Shown in pieces: positions 6,477 to 13,733 of a stretch of DNA of 13,733 nucleotides. Numbering within the stretch: position 1 is the stretch's first letter; every line of letters starts with the position of its first letter. The notes below the pieces were generated by a model, which had not been told where the DNA came from, searched no databases, and was given only the letters and a program-made list of their open reading frames with translations. The position numbers and the translations under genes are program-made. Origin of the DNA: Candidatus Iainarchaeum sp. (GTDB taxonomy: Archaea > Iainarchaeota > Iainarchaeia > Iainarchaeales > CSSED10-239); the NCBI GenBank assembly GCA_028700115.1, contig JAQVTI010000016.1:1-13733 (forward strand). The letters are read 5' to 3'.

Positions 6477-7448
6477 ATGACAAATGTAAAAATAGGGAAT
6501 ATTTCTATTAAAAAAAAAGGTGTATTAGGACCTATGTTGGAATATACTACTCATCCATATAGACTTTTATGTAATGAATATGATTGCGGTCTTTGTTTTT
6601 CTGAAATGGTTTATATCAATCAATTAGTTTATGCACCTGAAAGTTTAAATAATTCTTCTCTTCTAAATTCTTCAAAAAAAGATTCTCCATCTGCCTTTCA
6701 ATTAGTAGGTGATTTTTCTGATTCTGTTCTTTCTTTAAAGGCTGTAGAGTTTATAGATAATTATAACTTTTTTGATATTATTGATTTTAATACTGGTTGT
6801 CCATCTAATAGAGTTATTAATGGGAATTCTGGTTCAGGTCTTTTAAAAAATATTGATTCTATTCTTTCAACTTTAAAAAATGCAAAAGGCATTTCAAAAA
6901 AACCTATTACTGTTAAAACAAGACTTGGATTTGATAAGGTTGATATTTTTAATAATGTTGAAAAATTAGTAAATACAGGTATTGATGCTATTACTATTCA
7001 TGCAAGAAAAGCAATTGATAGTAATAATATTTCTTCTGATTATAATATTGTTAGGAAATTAAAAAAAGAGTTTTCTTTACCAATAATTTATAATGGAGAT
7101 ATTACTGATGATAATTTTTTTGAATTTTTTGATTTTGATTTATTAATGGTTTCTAGAAATGCTTTAGGAAATCCTTTTGTTTTTAAAAAAATTAATTATT
7201 TTGAAAAAAAAAATTCTTTTTTAGAAAAAAATTTTCTAGAAAATTTAAATGCTCTTAAAAGATTTCATGAAATTGAAAAAAAAAATCCAATTAATTTTGT
7301 TAAAAAAAAAAATATGGCTTTACAATTTATTAAAGATTTTCAAGGGGCTTCTTTTTTTAGAAATAAAATTTGTGTTTCTAAATCTGATTCTGATTTAGAA
7401 AAAATTTTTATAGAAATAGAACATAAATTATTAGAGTTACAGCAATAA
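6477..7448 (+). CDS. dus: tRNA-dihydrouridine synthase (Dus family, TIM-barrel flavoenzyme)
   Basis: Dus motifs occur in order: LGPMLEYTTHPYRLLC, FSEMV, FQLVGDF, IDFNTGCPSNRVINGNSGSGLL (catalytic Cys), ITVKTRLG, AITIHARKA and IIYNGDI. Confidence 0.85.
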   Translation: MTNVKIGNISIKKKGVLGPMLEYTTHPYRLLCNEYDCGLCFSEMVYINQLVYAPESLNNSSLLNSSKKDSPSAFQLVGDFSDSVLSLKAVEFIDNYNFFDIIDFNTGCPSNRVINGNSGSGLLKNIDSILSTLKNAKGISKKPITVKTRLGFDKVDIFNNVEKLVNTGIDAITIHARKAIDSNNISSDYNIVRKLKKEFSLPIIYNGDITDDNFFEFFDFDLLMVSRNALGNPFVFKKINYFEKKNSFLEKNFLENLNALKRFHEIEKKNPINFVKKKNMALQFIKDFQGASFFRNKICVSKSDSDLEKIFIEIEHKLLELQQ

Positions 7449-8154
7449 TCCATATAATTATTGAAAAATTTGTATAAACTTTTTTAATCATCCAAATTAT
7501 TCCAAATATGATTTCTTTAAAAAAATTAATTGTATATGTTCCAATATTTTTAGGATCCTTAAGGTCTTCTAACATTTCAGAAAATAGTTCTTTATTTGTT
7601 TTTTTTCTATCAATAATTTTATCTAGGTCATTAACTTTTCCTTCAATTGCATCTAATTTTATTTTTATATTTTTTATTTCTTTTGTATTTAGTTCTGTTT
7701 TCCAATTTGGAACATATATAGTTTCTATTCCACTAAGAGATATTGTATTTTTTTCTGTAAGATATTTTGAAATTAAATATTTGATTATACTTTGTTCTGC
7801 GCATTCTTCTTTTATTACTGGTTTTTTAATAATTATATTTGTTTTTTCTGTTTTTGGGACATTTAGTTCTTCATATATTTTTGGTTTTGCATATTTAAAT
7901 AGTTCAATAACTTTTTCATTTATAGAGTTATTTACAAGATTAATTGCAATTTGTCCTCTAATATGTTCAAATGAATTATTATTTTTTAAAATATCATAAA
8001 AACAGAATAAGTAAGGGGTAATTTTTAAATAAATGGCTTGTTTTTTTATATCAATGTTTTTATAGCCTTTTTTTTTAAGGCTATTTTTTAAAACATCAAT
8101 TACTTCTTTTGGTCCAATTTTTATTGGAAATCTTTTTTTATTTTCTAAATCCAT
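7408..8154 (-). CDS. Hypothetical protein with a hydrophobic C-terminus (tail-anchor-like), immediately downstream of sepF
   Basis: 248 aa. A soluble N-terminal ~200 aa is followed by a hydrophobic C-terminus (FFKEIIFGIIWMIKKVYTNFSIIIWIIAVTLIIYVLFL*). It starts 7 nt after the sepF stop on the same strand. Its 3' end overlaps the dus 3' end by 41 nt. I recognise no family. Confidence 0.6.
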   Translation of the reverse strand: MDLENKKRFPIKIGPKEVIDVLKNSLKKKGYKNIDIKKQAIYLKITPYLFCFYDILKNNNSFEHIRGQIAINLVNNSINEKVIELFKYAKPKIYEELNVPKTEKTNIIIKKPVIKEECAEQSIIKYLISKYLTEKNTISLSGIETIYVPNWKTELNTKEIKNIKIKLDAIEGKVNDLDKIIDRKKTNKELFSEMLEDLKDPKNIGTYTINFFKEIIFGIIWMIKKVYTNFSIIIWIIAVTLIIYVLFL

Positions 8155-8161
8155 TTATGAT

Positions 8162-8512
8162 TTACTTATTAATTTTTTTTATTATTTTTACTTTTTCAGG
8201 AACTAATAATAATTTTGTTTTAGACATCATTGCTAAATCTCCACCTTTATCATCAATATATATTTTTAATTGACTTATAAATTGTTTTGCTTTTTGTGGA
8301 TTTCTTTTAGATATTCCATCTATATCTAAAATTACTATGTTTTTTTGTGCAAGTTCTCTGATTGTCATTTCAATTTCTACATTTGATTGTAAATTTATTG
8401 GTTTTACATAAAAATCGATTTCTTCAGGTTCTTCTTCTACATCCATATTATTTAAGAAATCATCAATATCAATTTCTTCTTTTTTTGTAAACATTTTTTC
8501 AAAAATAGCCAT
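8162..8512 (-). CDS. sepF: Cell division protein SepF (DUF552), archaeal type
   Basis: A short amphipathic-looking N-terminus (MAIFEKMF) and an acidic linker precede a SepF core (FYVKPINLQSNVEIEMTIRELAQKNIVILDIDGI...QLKIYIDDKGGDLAMMSKTKLLLVPEKVKI). I place the start at ATG 8512 rather than the track's TTG at 8527, because GAGGTG lies 7 nt upstream of that ATG. Confidence 0.78.
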   Translation of the reverse strand: MAIFEKMFTKKEEIDIDDFLNNMDVEEEPEEIDFYVKPINLQSNVEIEMTIRELAQKNIVILDIDGISKRNPQKAKQFISQLKIYIDDKGGDLAMMSKTKLLLVPEKVKIIKKINK

Positions 8513-8519
8513 TTTTCCC

Positions 8520-8525
8520 CACCTC
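8520..8525 (-). promoter_or_regulatory. Shine-Dalgarno-like ribosome binding site for sepF
   Basis: The minus strand reads GAGGTG GGGAAAA ATG, a 7-nt spacer. It is one of the few G-rich hexamers in an intergenic context in this window. Confidence 0.5.
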
Positions 8526-8713
8526 AAAATTGAATAAATTTATTTTAAATATTATTTTATTATATTATTATGTAACAAAATATTTAAAAAGATAGATATA
8601 TTTTTTTATAACATTTTTTCATATTTTTTTTAAAATCATTCTTTTTATATATTTATTTATACTTAATATAATTATATTTAAAGTATAGTTCTTTATTTAA
8701 ATAGTGTGTTTTT

Positions 8714-9883
8714 ATGCAGAGATATTTAGTAATTCATTATAATGAAATTGGTCTTAAGGGAAAAAACAGACCTTTTTTTGAAAAAAAACTAGAATATAAT
8801 ATTAATAGATTACTTTTTAAGGATCTTGATAAAATTCAAAGAAGATATGGTTTGATTTATTGTAAATTAAAAGATTCTTTTGTTTTAGACAACTATTTAT
8901 TTTTTTTAGAAAATTTTCCAGGTATTTCAAAGTCATATCTTTCCGTTGTTGCTAATTATGATGTAGAAGATATCAAAGAAAAGGCATTATTTTTAATTAA
9001 TGAAAAATTATTACATTCAAATTTTATTTCTTTTAAAATAAATTCTAAAAGGAGTTTTAAGTCTTTTAAATATACTTCTTTAGATTTAAATATTATTATT
9101 GGAAAATATATTGAAGAAAAAACAAATCTTTGTGCAGATTTAAAAAATCCTCAAATTATTTTAAAAATTGAAGTTGGTGAAAAAGAAATATTTATTTCTT
9201 TAGATGAAATTAAAGGTATAGGTGGACTTCCAATAGGTACTACGGGAAAAGTAATTAGTTCTCTTTCTGGAGGAATTGATAGTCCAGTAGCATCTTTTGA
9301 GGTTTTAAAAAGAGGTTGTGAAGTTATTTTTGTTCATATTTATAATAATACTTTAGTTAAAGGCGAGATTATTAATAAAATTAAAAAAATAGTTTTTCAA
9401 TTAAATAATTTTCAACAAAAATCAAAATTATATATTGTTCCTTTTTCTGAAATTCAAAAAAATATAATTTCTTTTATTCCTTGTGATTATAGAATGATAA
9501 TATATAGAAGATATATGTTAAAGTTAATGGAACATATTGCATTAAAAGAAAATGCAAAAGCAATTGTAACTGGTGATTCATTAGGTCAAGTTGCTTCACA
9601 GACATTAGATAATTTAGGAAATATTTTTTCTTCTATTAATATGCCTATTATTTCTCCATTAATTACTTTTAATAAAGATGAAATTGTTAAAATTTCTAAA
9701 AAAATTAAAACTTTTGAGATATCTATTATCCCATATCCAGATTGTTGTTCTTTTATGATTTCTAATCATCCCCAAACAAAAGCACGGCTGGAAGATATTT
9801 TAAAATTTGAAGATATAATAAAATCTAAAGAAGCTTTATTAATTTCTAATGCAATTTCTTCTTCAGAAGTTTTTGTTTTTTGA
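8714..9883 (+). CDS. thiI: tRNA 4-thiouridine synthase ThiI (ferredoxin-like domain, THUMP and PP-loop ATPase; no rhodanese domain)
   Basis: N-terminus YNEIGLKGKNRPFFE, PP-loop SLSGGIDSPVA, TGDSLGQVASQT and the PDCCSF motif. The protein ends at 389 aa with no C-terminal rhodanese extension. Confidence 0.9.
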   Translation: MQRYLVIHYNEIGLKGKNRPFFEKKLEYNINRLLFKDLDKIQRRYGLIYCKLKDSFVLDNYLFFLENFPGISKSYLSVVANYDVEDIKEKALFLINEKLLHSNFISFKINSKRSFKSFKYTSLDLNIIIGKYIEEKTNLCADLKNPQIILKIEVGEKEIFISLDEIKGIGGLPIGTTGKVISSLSGGIDSPVASFEVLKRGCEVIFVHIYNNTLVKGEIINKIKKIVFQLNNFQQKSKLYIVPFSEIQKNIISFIPCDYRMIIYRRYMLKLMEHIALKENAKAIVTGDSLGQVASQTLDNLGNIFSSINMPIISPLITFNKDEIVKISKKIKTFEISIIPYPDCCSFMISNHPQTKARLEDILKFEDIIKSKEALLISNAISSSEVFVF

Positions 9884-9955
9884 TATTAATTTTAATTTTT
9901 TTTGTTTTTTAAATAAGTAAGTTATAAAAAACCTTTTTAAGTAAAATATATTATT

Positions 9956-11167
9956 ATGGCTGATAATATTTTTTATGAATTTTTAAATCAAGATTCTGTT
10001 TTTATAGATAAAAATAAGATTTCCCCACATTATACTCCAGACAAGCTTCCTTTTAGAGATGATCAAATAAAAGATTTATCTATGTGGCTTTCTCCTGCTT
10101 TAAAATCTCAAAAACCACATAATGTTTTTATTTATGGTAAGGTAGGTACAGGTAAAACTTCTGTTGTAAGGCATGTTGTTAATCAATTAGATCAGATTTC
10201 TATTGAAAACAAATTTCCTCTTTATCCAGTTTATTTAAATTGTAGAAATTATCAAACAAAATATGCTGTTTTATTTTATTGTGTTCAGTTATTTTATCCT
10301 GATAAAAATTTTATTGGTTATTCAAGATCTTTTATTTATGATAAGTTTTTAACATTTATTAAGGATAATAAATTAAATTTTTTAATAATTTTAGATGAAA
10401 TTGATAAAATTAAAGATAAAGAAATTGACGATATAATTTATACTCTTACTAGAAGTAATGATGAGTTATTAGTTGGTTCTGTTTCAATGATTGGGATTTC
10501 AAATAATCTTTTTTTTAAATCTAGACTAGATCCTAGAACTAAAAGTTCATTATGTGAACAAGAAGCTGTATACCCTCCATATAATGCACAAGAACTTAGA
10601 GAAATATTAACTCAAAGAGTAAATGTTGCATTTAAACCAGGGGTTGTAACTTCTTCTGCAATTAATTCTGCAGCAGCTTTTGCTGCAAAAGAATCTGGAG
10701 ATGCAAGAACTGCAGTTATGTTTCTTTTAAAGGCTGGTGAAATTTCTGATAGAGATAAATTAAAACAAGTAACAGATGTAGAAGTTTTAAAAGCTAAGGA
10801 AAAAGTAGAACAAGAAGTTATTAAAAGTATGGTTTTAACTTTACCTGTTCAGTTACAATTAGTTTTGTTAGCAATAACTCATAAATCAGATAATCCAAAA
10901 GGAATATTAAAAATAGATGGTTCTTTTGAAGAAAATGTTTTATATTCTGGAGAAATTTATGAAATGTATTCTTTATTAGCAGAAAAGTATGATGAAAAAC
11001 CTGTTTCTATGAGATGGTTTAGAGAATATATTACAGAACTTGAAACATATGGTTTTATTACAACTATGCAATCTGGAAAAGGTGTTAAAGGTAATACTAC
11101 TTTAATAAAATTAGGTGTTGATTCTAAAACTATTCAAAATTTATTATTAAAAGAGTTTGAGGCTTAA
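9956..11167 (+). CDS. cdc6: Orc1/Cdc6 replication initiator (AAA+ plus winged helix)
   Basis: N-terminus YTPDKLPFRDDQIKDL, Walker A FIYGKVGTGKTS, Walker B LIILDEID, sensor region GISN, GDARTAV, and a C-terminal winged-helix-like region (YITELETYGFITT). Confidence 0.93.
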   Translation: MADNIFYEFLNQDSVFIDKNKISPHYTPDKLPFRDDQIKDLSMWLSPALKSQKPHNVFIYGKVGTGKTSVVRHVVNQLDQISIENKFPLYPVYLNCRNYQTKYAVLFYCVQLFYPDKNFIGYSRSFIYDKFLTFIKDNKLNFLIILDEIDKIKDKEIDDIIYTLTRSNDELLVGSVSMIGISNNLFFKSRLDPRTKSSLCEQEAVYPPYNAQELREILTQRVNVAFKPGVVTSSAINSAAAFAAKESGDARTAVMFLLKAGEISDRDKLKQVTDVEVLKAKEKVEQEVIKSMVLTLPVQLQLVLLAITHKSDNPKGILKIDGSFEENVLYSGEIYEMYSLLAEKYDEKPVSMRWFREYITELETYGFITTMQSGKGVKGNTTLIKLGVDSKTIQNLLLKEFEA

Positions 11168-11187
11168 TTTTTTATTTTAAAAATAAT

Positions 11188-11895
11188 TTATCCAAATAAT
11201 GTTAATTTTAAATATCCAATATATGGTATTTTTCCAATTTTTTTACCAATAAGTCTTTCTATGTTTACGGGATATACATTTAGGCATGGTTTTCTAATAG
11301 TTTGTGTATTTATATCTATTTCACAGTCTTGATCAATTAATTTATTTGTTTCTTGGTTATCTCCTTTTGTAATAACAAATGTACCATCATTTGCTTCTAT
11401 TATTAAAATTATTCTGTGAATTATTGCTTTTCCATTTATATTTGATTTATAAACTACAACATCATATTTATTTTTTATAGCATCTTCTACAAGATATATT
11501 TCTTCATTTATTTTTAATGATTTTACTTCTAATGTTTGATTTTCATATATATATTCTATTTCTGCAAATTCCGCTAAATCTTTATAAGTTATATTATCAT
11601 TTATTTTTACTTTTTGTGCATGTAGATTTTTTGCTCCTGATAAAATTACTATGTCTCCTCTATAAAAAGATGGTTCCATAGATCCAGATACAACTGTTGC
11701 AAAAGGAAGTGTTGTTGCAAGAATTAGTCCTGCTAGTTTATAAATTATAAATGCAAGAATAAATGAATATAATAAATATACAATCCAATATATTATTTTT
11801 ATTTTTAGTTTTTTAGGTTCCCCAAAGTGTTTTAATAAAAATATATCTATATATGTATAAGGGTCTATATATTTTAAATATTTTTTTAGATTCAT
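11188..11895 (-). CDS. Signal peptidase I, archaeal/eukaryal S26B (Sec11) type
   Basis: An N-terminal TM helix is followed by the catalytic Ser box VVSGSMEPSFYRGDIVIL, the His box AIIHRIILI and ITKGDNQETN. The start is 1 nt after the rpoL stop. Confidence 0.85.
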   Translation of the reverse strand: MNLKKYLKYIDPYTYIDIFLLKHFGEPKKLKIKIIYWIVYLLYSFILAFIIYKLAGLILATTLPFATVVSGSMEPSFYRGDIVILSGAKNLHAQKVKINDNITYKDLAEFAEIEYIYENQTLEVKSLKINEEIYLVEDAIKNKYDVVVYKSNINGKAIIHRIILIIEANDGTFVITKGDNQETNKLIDQDCEIDINTQTIRKPCLNVYPVNIERLIGKKIGKIPYIGYLKLTLFG

Positions 11896-11896
11896 T

Positions 11897-12181
11897 TTAT
11901 TCTTTTTTTGAAATTGCTTTTTCTAATTGATCTAATATATTTTCTAGGTTTTTTTCTGCTTCTTCGATATAATTTAATAATAAGTCTTTTGCATTACCTG
12001 TTTTTACTTTCATATAAAAATTAAATTCTGGTTTTAAATGATCTGCTTTTTTAATTGCAACAAATTCTACTTCTTTTTGATTGTTTGCAATTTCTTCTAT
12101 TAATTTATAGATTGCAATATCTTCTTCTTTTATAGTTAATTCTATTTCTTCTTTTGATATGTTATTTATTTCAATTTCCAT
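11897..12181 (-). CDS. rpoL: DNA-directed RNA polymerase subunit L (Rpo11)
   Basis: 94 aa. The layout is as in RpoL/Rpb11: ELTIKEED...YKLIEEI...VEFVAIKKADHLKPEFNFYMKVKTG. It occupies the conserved archaeal position directly downstream of csl4. The HTLxN motif is degenerate here, so confidence is reduced. Confidence 0.72.
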   Translation of the reverse strand: MEIEINNISKEEIELTIKEEDIAIYKLIEEIANNQKEVEFVAIKKADHLKPEFNFYMKVKTGNAKDLLLNYIEEAEKNLENILDQLEKAISKKE

Positions 12182-12188
12182 ATTTTAT

Positions 12189-12602
12189 TCACATTTTACC
12201 TACTTTTCTTGGTTGTAAAGTTTTACAATATAAACATTTTATTTGAGTTGTATTTAAATTTAGTGGTTTTTTACATTTAAAACAATTTGCTTTTACTACG
12301 CCTAATCCATCATTATTTGTTGTAACTTTATATCCATATTTATCTTTTTCTGTTATTAATACTTTTACAATATCATCTTTTTTAATTAAATCACTTGCTT
12401 TTTCAACATATTCATTTGTAATATTGCTTACAAATAAAATTGCAGTTGTACTTGGTGTTAATACTTGATTTTTATTTGTAGTTTGTAGTTCAATTATTGC
12501 AATTTTATCAGTTACATTTAATACTTTTCCAAAAACAATATCTCCTTCTTTAATAATTTTTTTTTTTGGAATATTTTCTATAATTTTTTTTTCTTGGTTC
12601 AA
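12189..12602 (-). CDS. csl4: Csl4-like exosome RNA-binding protein (S1 domain plus C-terminal zinc ribbon), N-terminally short
   Basis: S1-like GDIVFGKVLNVTDKIAIIEL...ILFVSNI is followed by CFKC-x12-CLYC. The gene is adjacent to rpoL. The only available canonical-type start is TTG at 12602: an in-frame TGA lies at 12609-12611, and the first internal Met codon is the last residue. Confidence 0.72.
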   Translation of the reverse strand: MNQEKKIIENIPKKKIIKEGDIVFGKVLNVTDKIAIIELQTTNKNQVLTPSTTAILFVSNITNEYVEKASDLIKKDDIVKVLITEKDKYGYKVTTNNDGLGVVKANCFKCKKPLNLNTTQIKCLYCKTLQPRKVGKM

Positions 12603-12727
12603 ATAATATCACATATTTTTACTTTTTATATTTTTTAAATTAGATTTAATAAAATAAGTTTTTAATATATTATTTATAATTGGAAATATTTATATAGAGT
12701 TTCTTTATAATAATTATTTGATAAACT

Positions 12728-13585
12728 ATGGTTTTAGAATTAATTACAAATTTTTCAAGATTAAGGCATAGACCTTTTTTAATGTTTTTTGAAGCATTTT
12801 TTATAACTATTATTTCTGTTATTTTTTCTACTTTGCTTTTTCCAAAAGAATTTTGTTCTATTGGTATTCTTGCTTTTATAACTATTGGTATTTTACCTTT
12901 ATTTAATAAACTTTATTCTTATGATTCTTATATTTATAGTTTTAATAGATCTTTTTTTAAAAGGCATGAAAAAATAATTAAATTATTATTTTATTTTTTT
13001 TTAGGTGTTTTTTTAGCATTAGTTTTAATTTTTTTTATATCTTCCCCTCAAATTAAAGAAAAAATGTTTTATACTCAAATTACTGAAGTTTCAGAAATTT
13101 CTGAAATTAGAGCACAAATAACTGGAGATTTTAATTTTAATTCAGTTTCTTCTTTTCAAAAAGCTTTTATAGAGATTTCAAAAAATAATTTAGGAGTAAT
13201 GTTTACTGCGATTTCTTTATCTTTTTTTTATGGGGCAGGAGGTTTATTTTTAATTGTTTGGAATGCATCTATTCTTTCCTTTGTAGTTATTCAAGATATT
13301 CTTTTATCTTTTGCTTCTGTATCGCAAACTGGTATTTTATATTTTTTAAAGGGTATTTTTTATTCTTTTATTAATTTTTTAGGATATTTACCTCATGGTA
13401 TTTTTGAATTTTTAGCATATTTTTTTGCATCTGTTGCAGGTGCTATTTTTGCAAGAGATTTATTTAAAGGTATTTTTTCTACAGAGTTTGCAGGTATTGC
13501 ATTAAAGGATTTTTTATTAATGATTATAATTGCTTTAATTTCTTATTTTTTAGGAGTTTTAATTGAATCTTTGTATTTTTTATAG
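12728..13585 (+). CDS. SpoIIM/DUF95-family integral membrane protein
   Basis: 285 aa, multi-TM. NNLGVMFTAISLSFFYGAGGLFLIVWNASIL and YLPHGIFEFLAYFFASVAGAIFA resemble the stage II sporulation protein M family signature (PF01944). Confidence 0.65.
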   Translation: MVLELITNFSRLRHRPFLMFFEAFFITIISVIFSTLLFPKEFCSIGILAFITIGILPLFNKLYSYDSYIYSFNRSFFKRHEKIIKLLFYFFLGVFLALVLIFFISSPQIKEKMFYTQITEVSEISEIRAQITGDFNFNSVSSFQKAFIEISKNNLGVMFTAISLSFFYGAGGLFLIVWNASILSFVVIQDILLSFASVSQTGILYFLKGIFYSFINFLGYLPHGIFEFLAYFFASVAGAIFARDLFKGIFSTEFAGIALKDFLLMIIIALISYFLGVLIESLYFL

Positions 13586-13651
13586 TTTTTTTTAAATACC
13601 CTTAACCCATACCTATTTAAATCTTTTTTTTAATATTATTTTTGATAACTT

Positions 13652-13733
13652 ATGTTTTTAAACTTTTTACCCTTTTCAAAATCCAAATCTATAAGTCCAT
13701 TGATCGCAACCGTTTTAATAATTTTAATATCTT
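13652..13733 (+). CDS. 5' end of an archaeal type IV pilin-like protein (class III signal peptide, DUF1628-type N-terminus); 3' end off-window
   Basis: The ATG at 13652 opens MFLNFLPFSKSKS-ISPLIATVLIILIS..., which runs to the window edge. K-S / I-S-P-L-I-A-T-V-L matches the archaeal prepilin peptidase (PibD/FlaK-type) site and the conserved ISP[VL]IATVLLI hydrophobic core. The ORF track missed it because it is truncated. Confidence 0.55.
   Translation, partial: MFLNFLPFSKSKSISPLIATVLIILIS

Noticed and set aside
6458-6511. 17-codon upstream ORF (ATGGCTCCT...) overlapping the dus start in another frame
   Set aside because: It is short and shows no conservation signal or motif. It is most likely a chance ORF in the leader. 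The dus alignment begins sensibly at ATG 6477.
7204-7312. Three poly(A) runs of 10, 10 and 11 nt within about 110 nt of the dus 3' region, as possible slippage or phase-variation sites
   Set aside because: Comparable homopolymer runs of Lys AAA codons, or their poly(T) complement, occur in many genes across the window (for example 6510-6518 and the T run at ~3987-3998). They reflect genome composition. The reading frame is intact.
7508-7999. 163-aa plus-strand ORF antisense to the sepF-linked orphan
   Set aside because: Same artefact class: a poly-F/S/I translation. The minus-strand ORF fits the tight operon structure with sepF.
8513-8527. TTG start (MRWGK...) for sepF
   Set aside because: These 15 nt contain the GAGGTG Shine-Dalgarno for the ATG at 8512, so the extension is almost certainly 5' UTR.
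8528-8713. Possible replication origin (ORB/mini-ORB repeats, DUE) near orc1/cdc6, either in this 186-bp spacer or in the 72-bp spacer at 9884-9955
   Set aside because: I could find no repeated ORB-like elements, G-strings or inverted repeats flanking an unwinding element. The spacers look like ordinary A/T-rich promoter DNA. An origin may exist elsewhere, and nothing here supports calling one.
8714-9883. ThiI lacks the C-terminal rhodanese domain
   Set aside because: Rhodanese-less ThiI is the common form in archaea and many bacteria, so this is not unusual by itself.
1-13733. Scan for tRNA, rRNA, other structured RNAs, CRISPR arrays, and IS or integrase genes
   Set aside because: In a genome this AT-rich, structured RNAs should appear as GC-rich islands. 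The only such island (nt ~114-257) is protein-coding. No regularly spaced direct repeats and no transposase- or integrase-like ORFs were seen.

Overview
This is a 13.7 kb, extremely AT-rich segment; hand counts on sampled 100-nt stretches give about 14-20% GC. It is densely packed with about 20 genes and has a clearly archaeal housekeeping signature. Recognisable genes are ribosomal proteins S3Ae (eS1) and S15 (uS15), Bud32/KEOPS kinase, NAC, a tRNA-dihydrouridine synthase, SepF, ThiI, Orc1/Cdc6, a Sec11-type signal peptidase, RpoL (Rpo11) and Csl4. The very low GC, short proteins and several lineage-specific membrane-anchored orphans fit a reduced-genome DPANN-type archaeon; that taxonomic call is inference only. 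I see no rRNA, tRNA, CRISPR array, transposase or integrase. The core is ordinary, and the unusual material sits at the two window edges and around sepF. (1) At the left edge, the last ~145 nt of a 5'-truncated gene jump to 50% GC with only 11% adenine. They encode a GGxW...P-xx-R-xxx-IGFRC C-type-lectin/FGE-like terminus, which is the hallmark of a diversity-generating retroelement (DGR) variable region. No template repeat or reverse transcriptase is in the window. (2) Convergent on that gene is a 168-aa mini archaeosortase/exosortase-like protein that keeps the Cys/Arg/His motifs, followed by a DUF92 membrane protein. (3) sepF is followed after a 7-nt gap by an orphan with a hydrophobic C-terminus. 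(4) At the right edge, a truncated ORF begins with an archaeal class III (type IV pilin-like) signal peptide. All functional calls come from motif recognition by eye; no searches were run.
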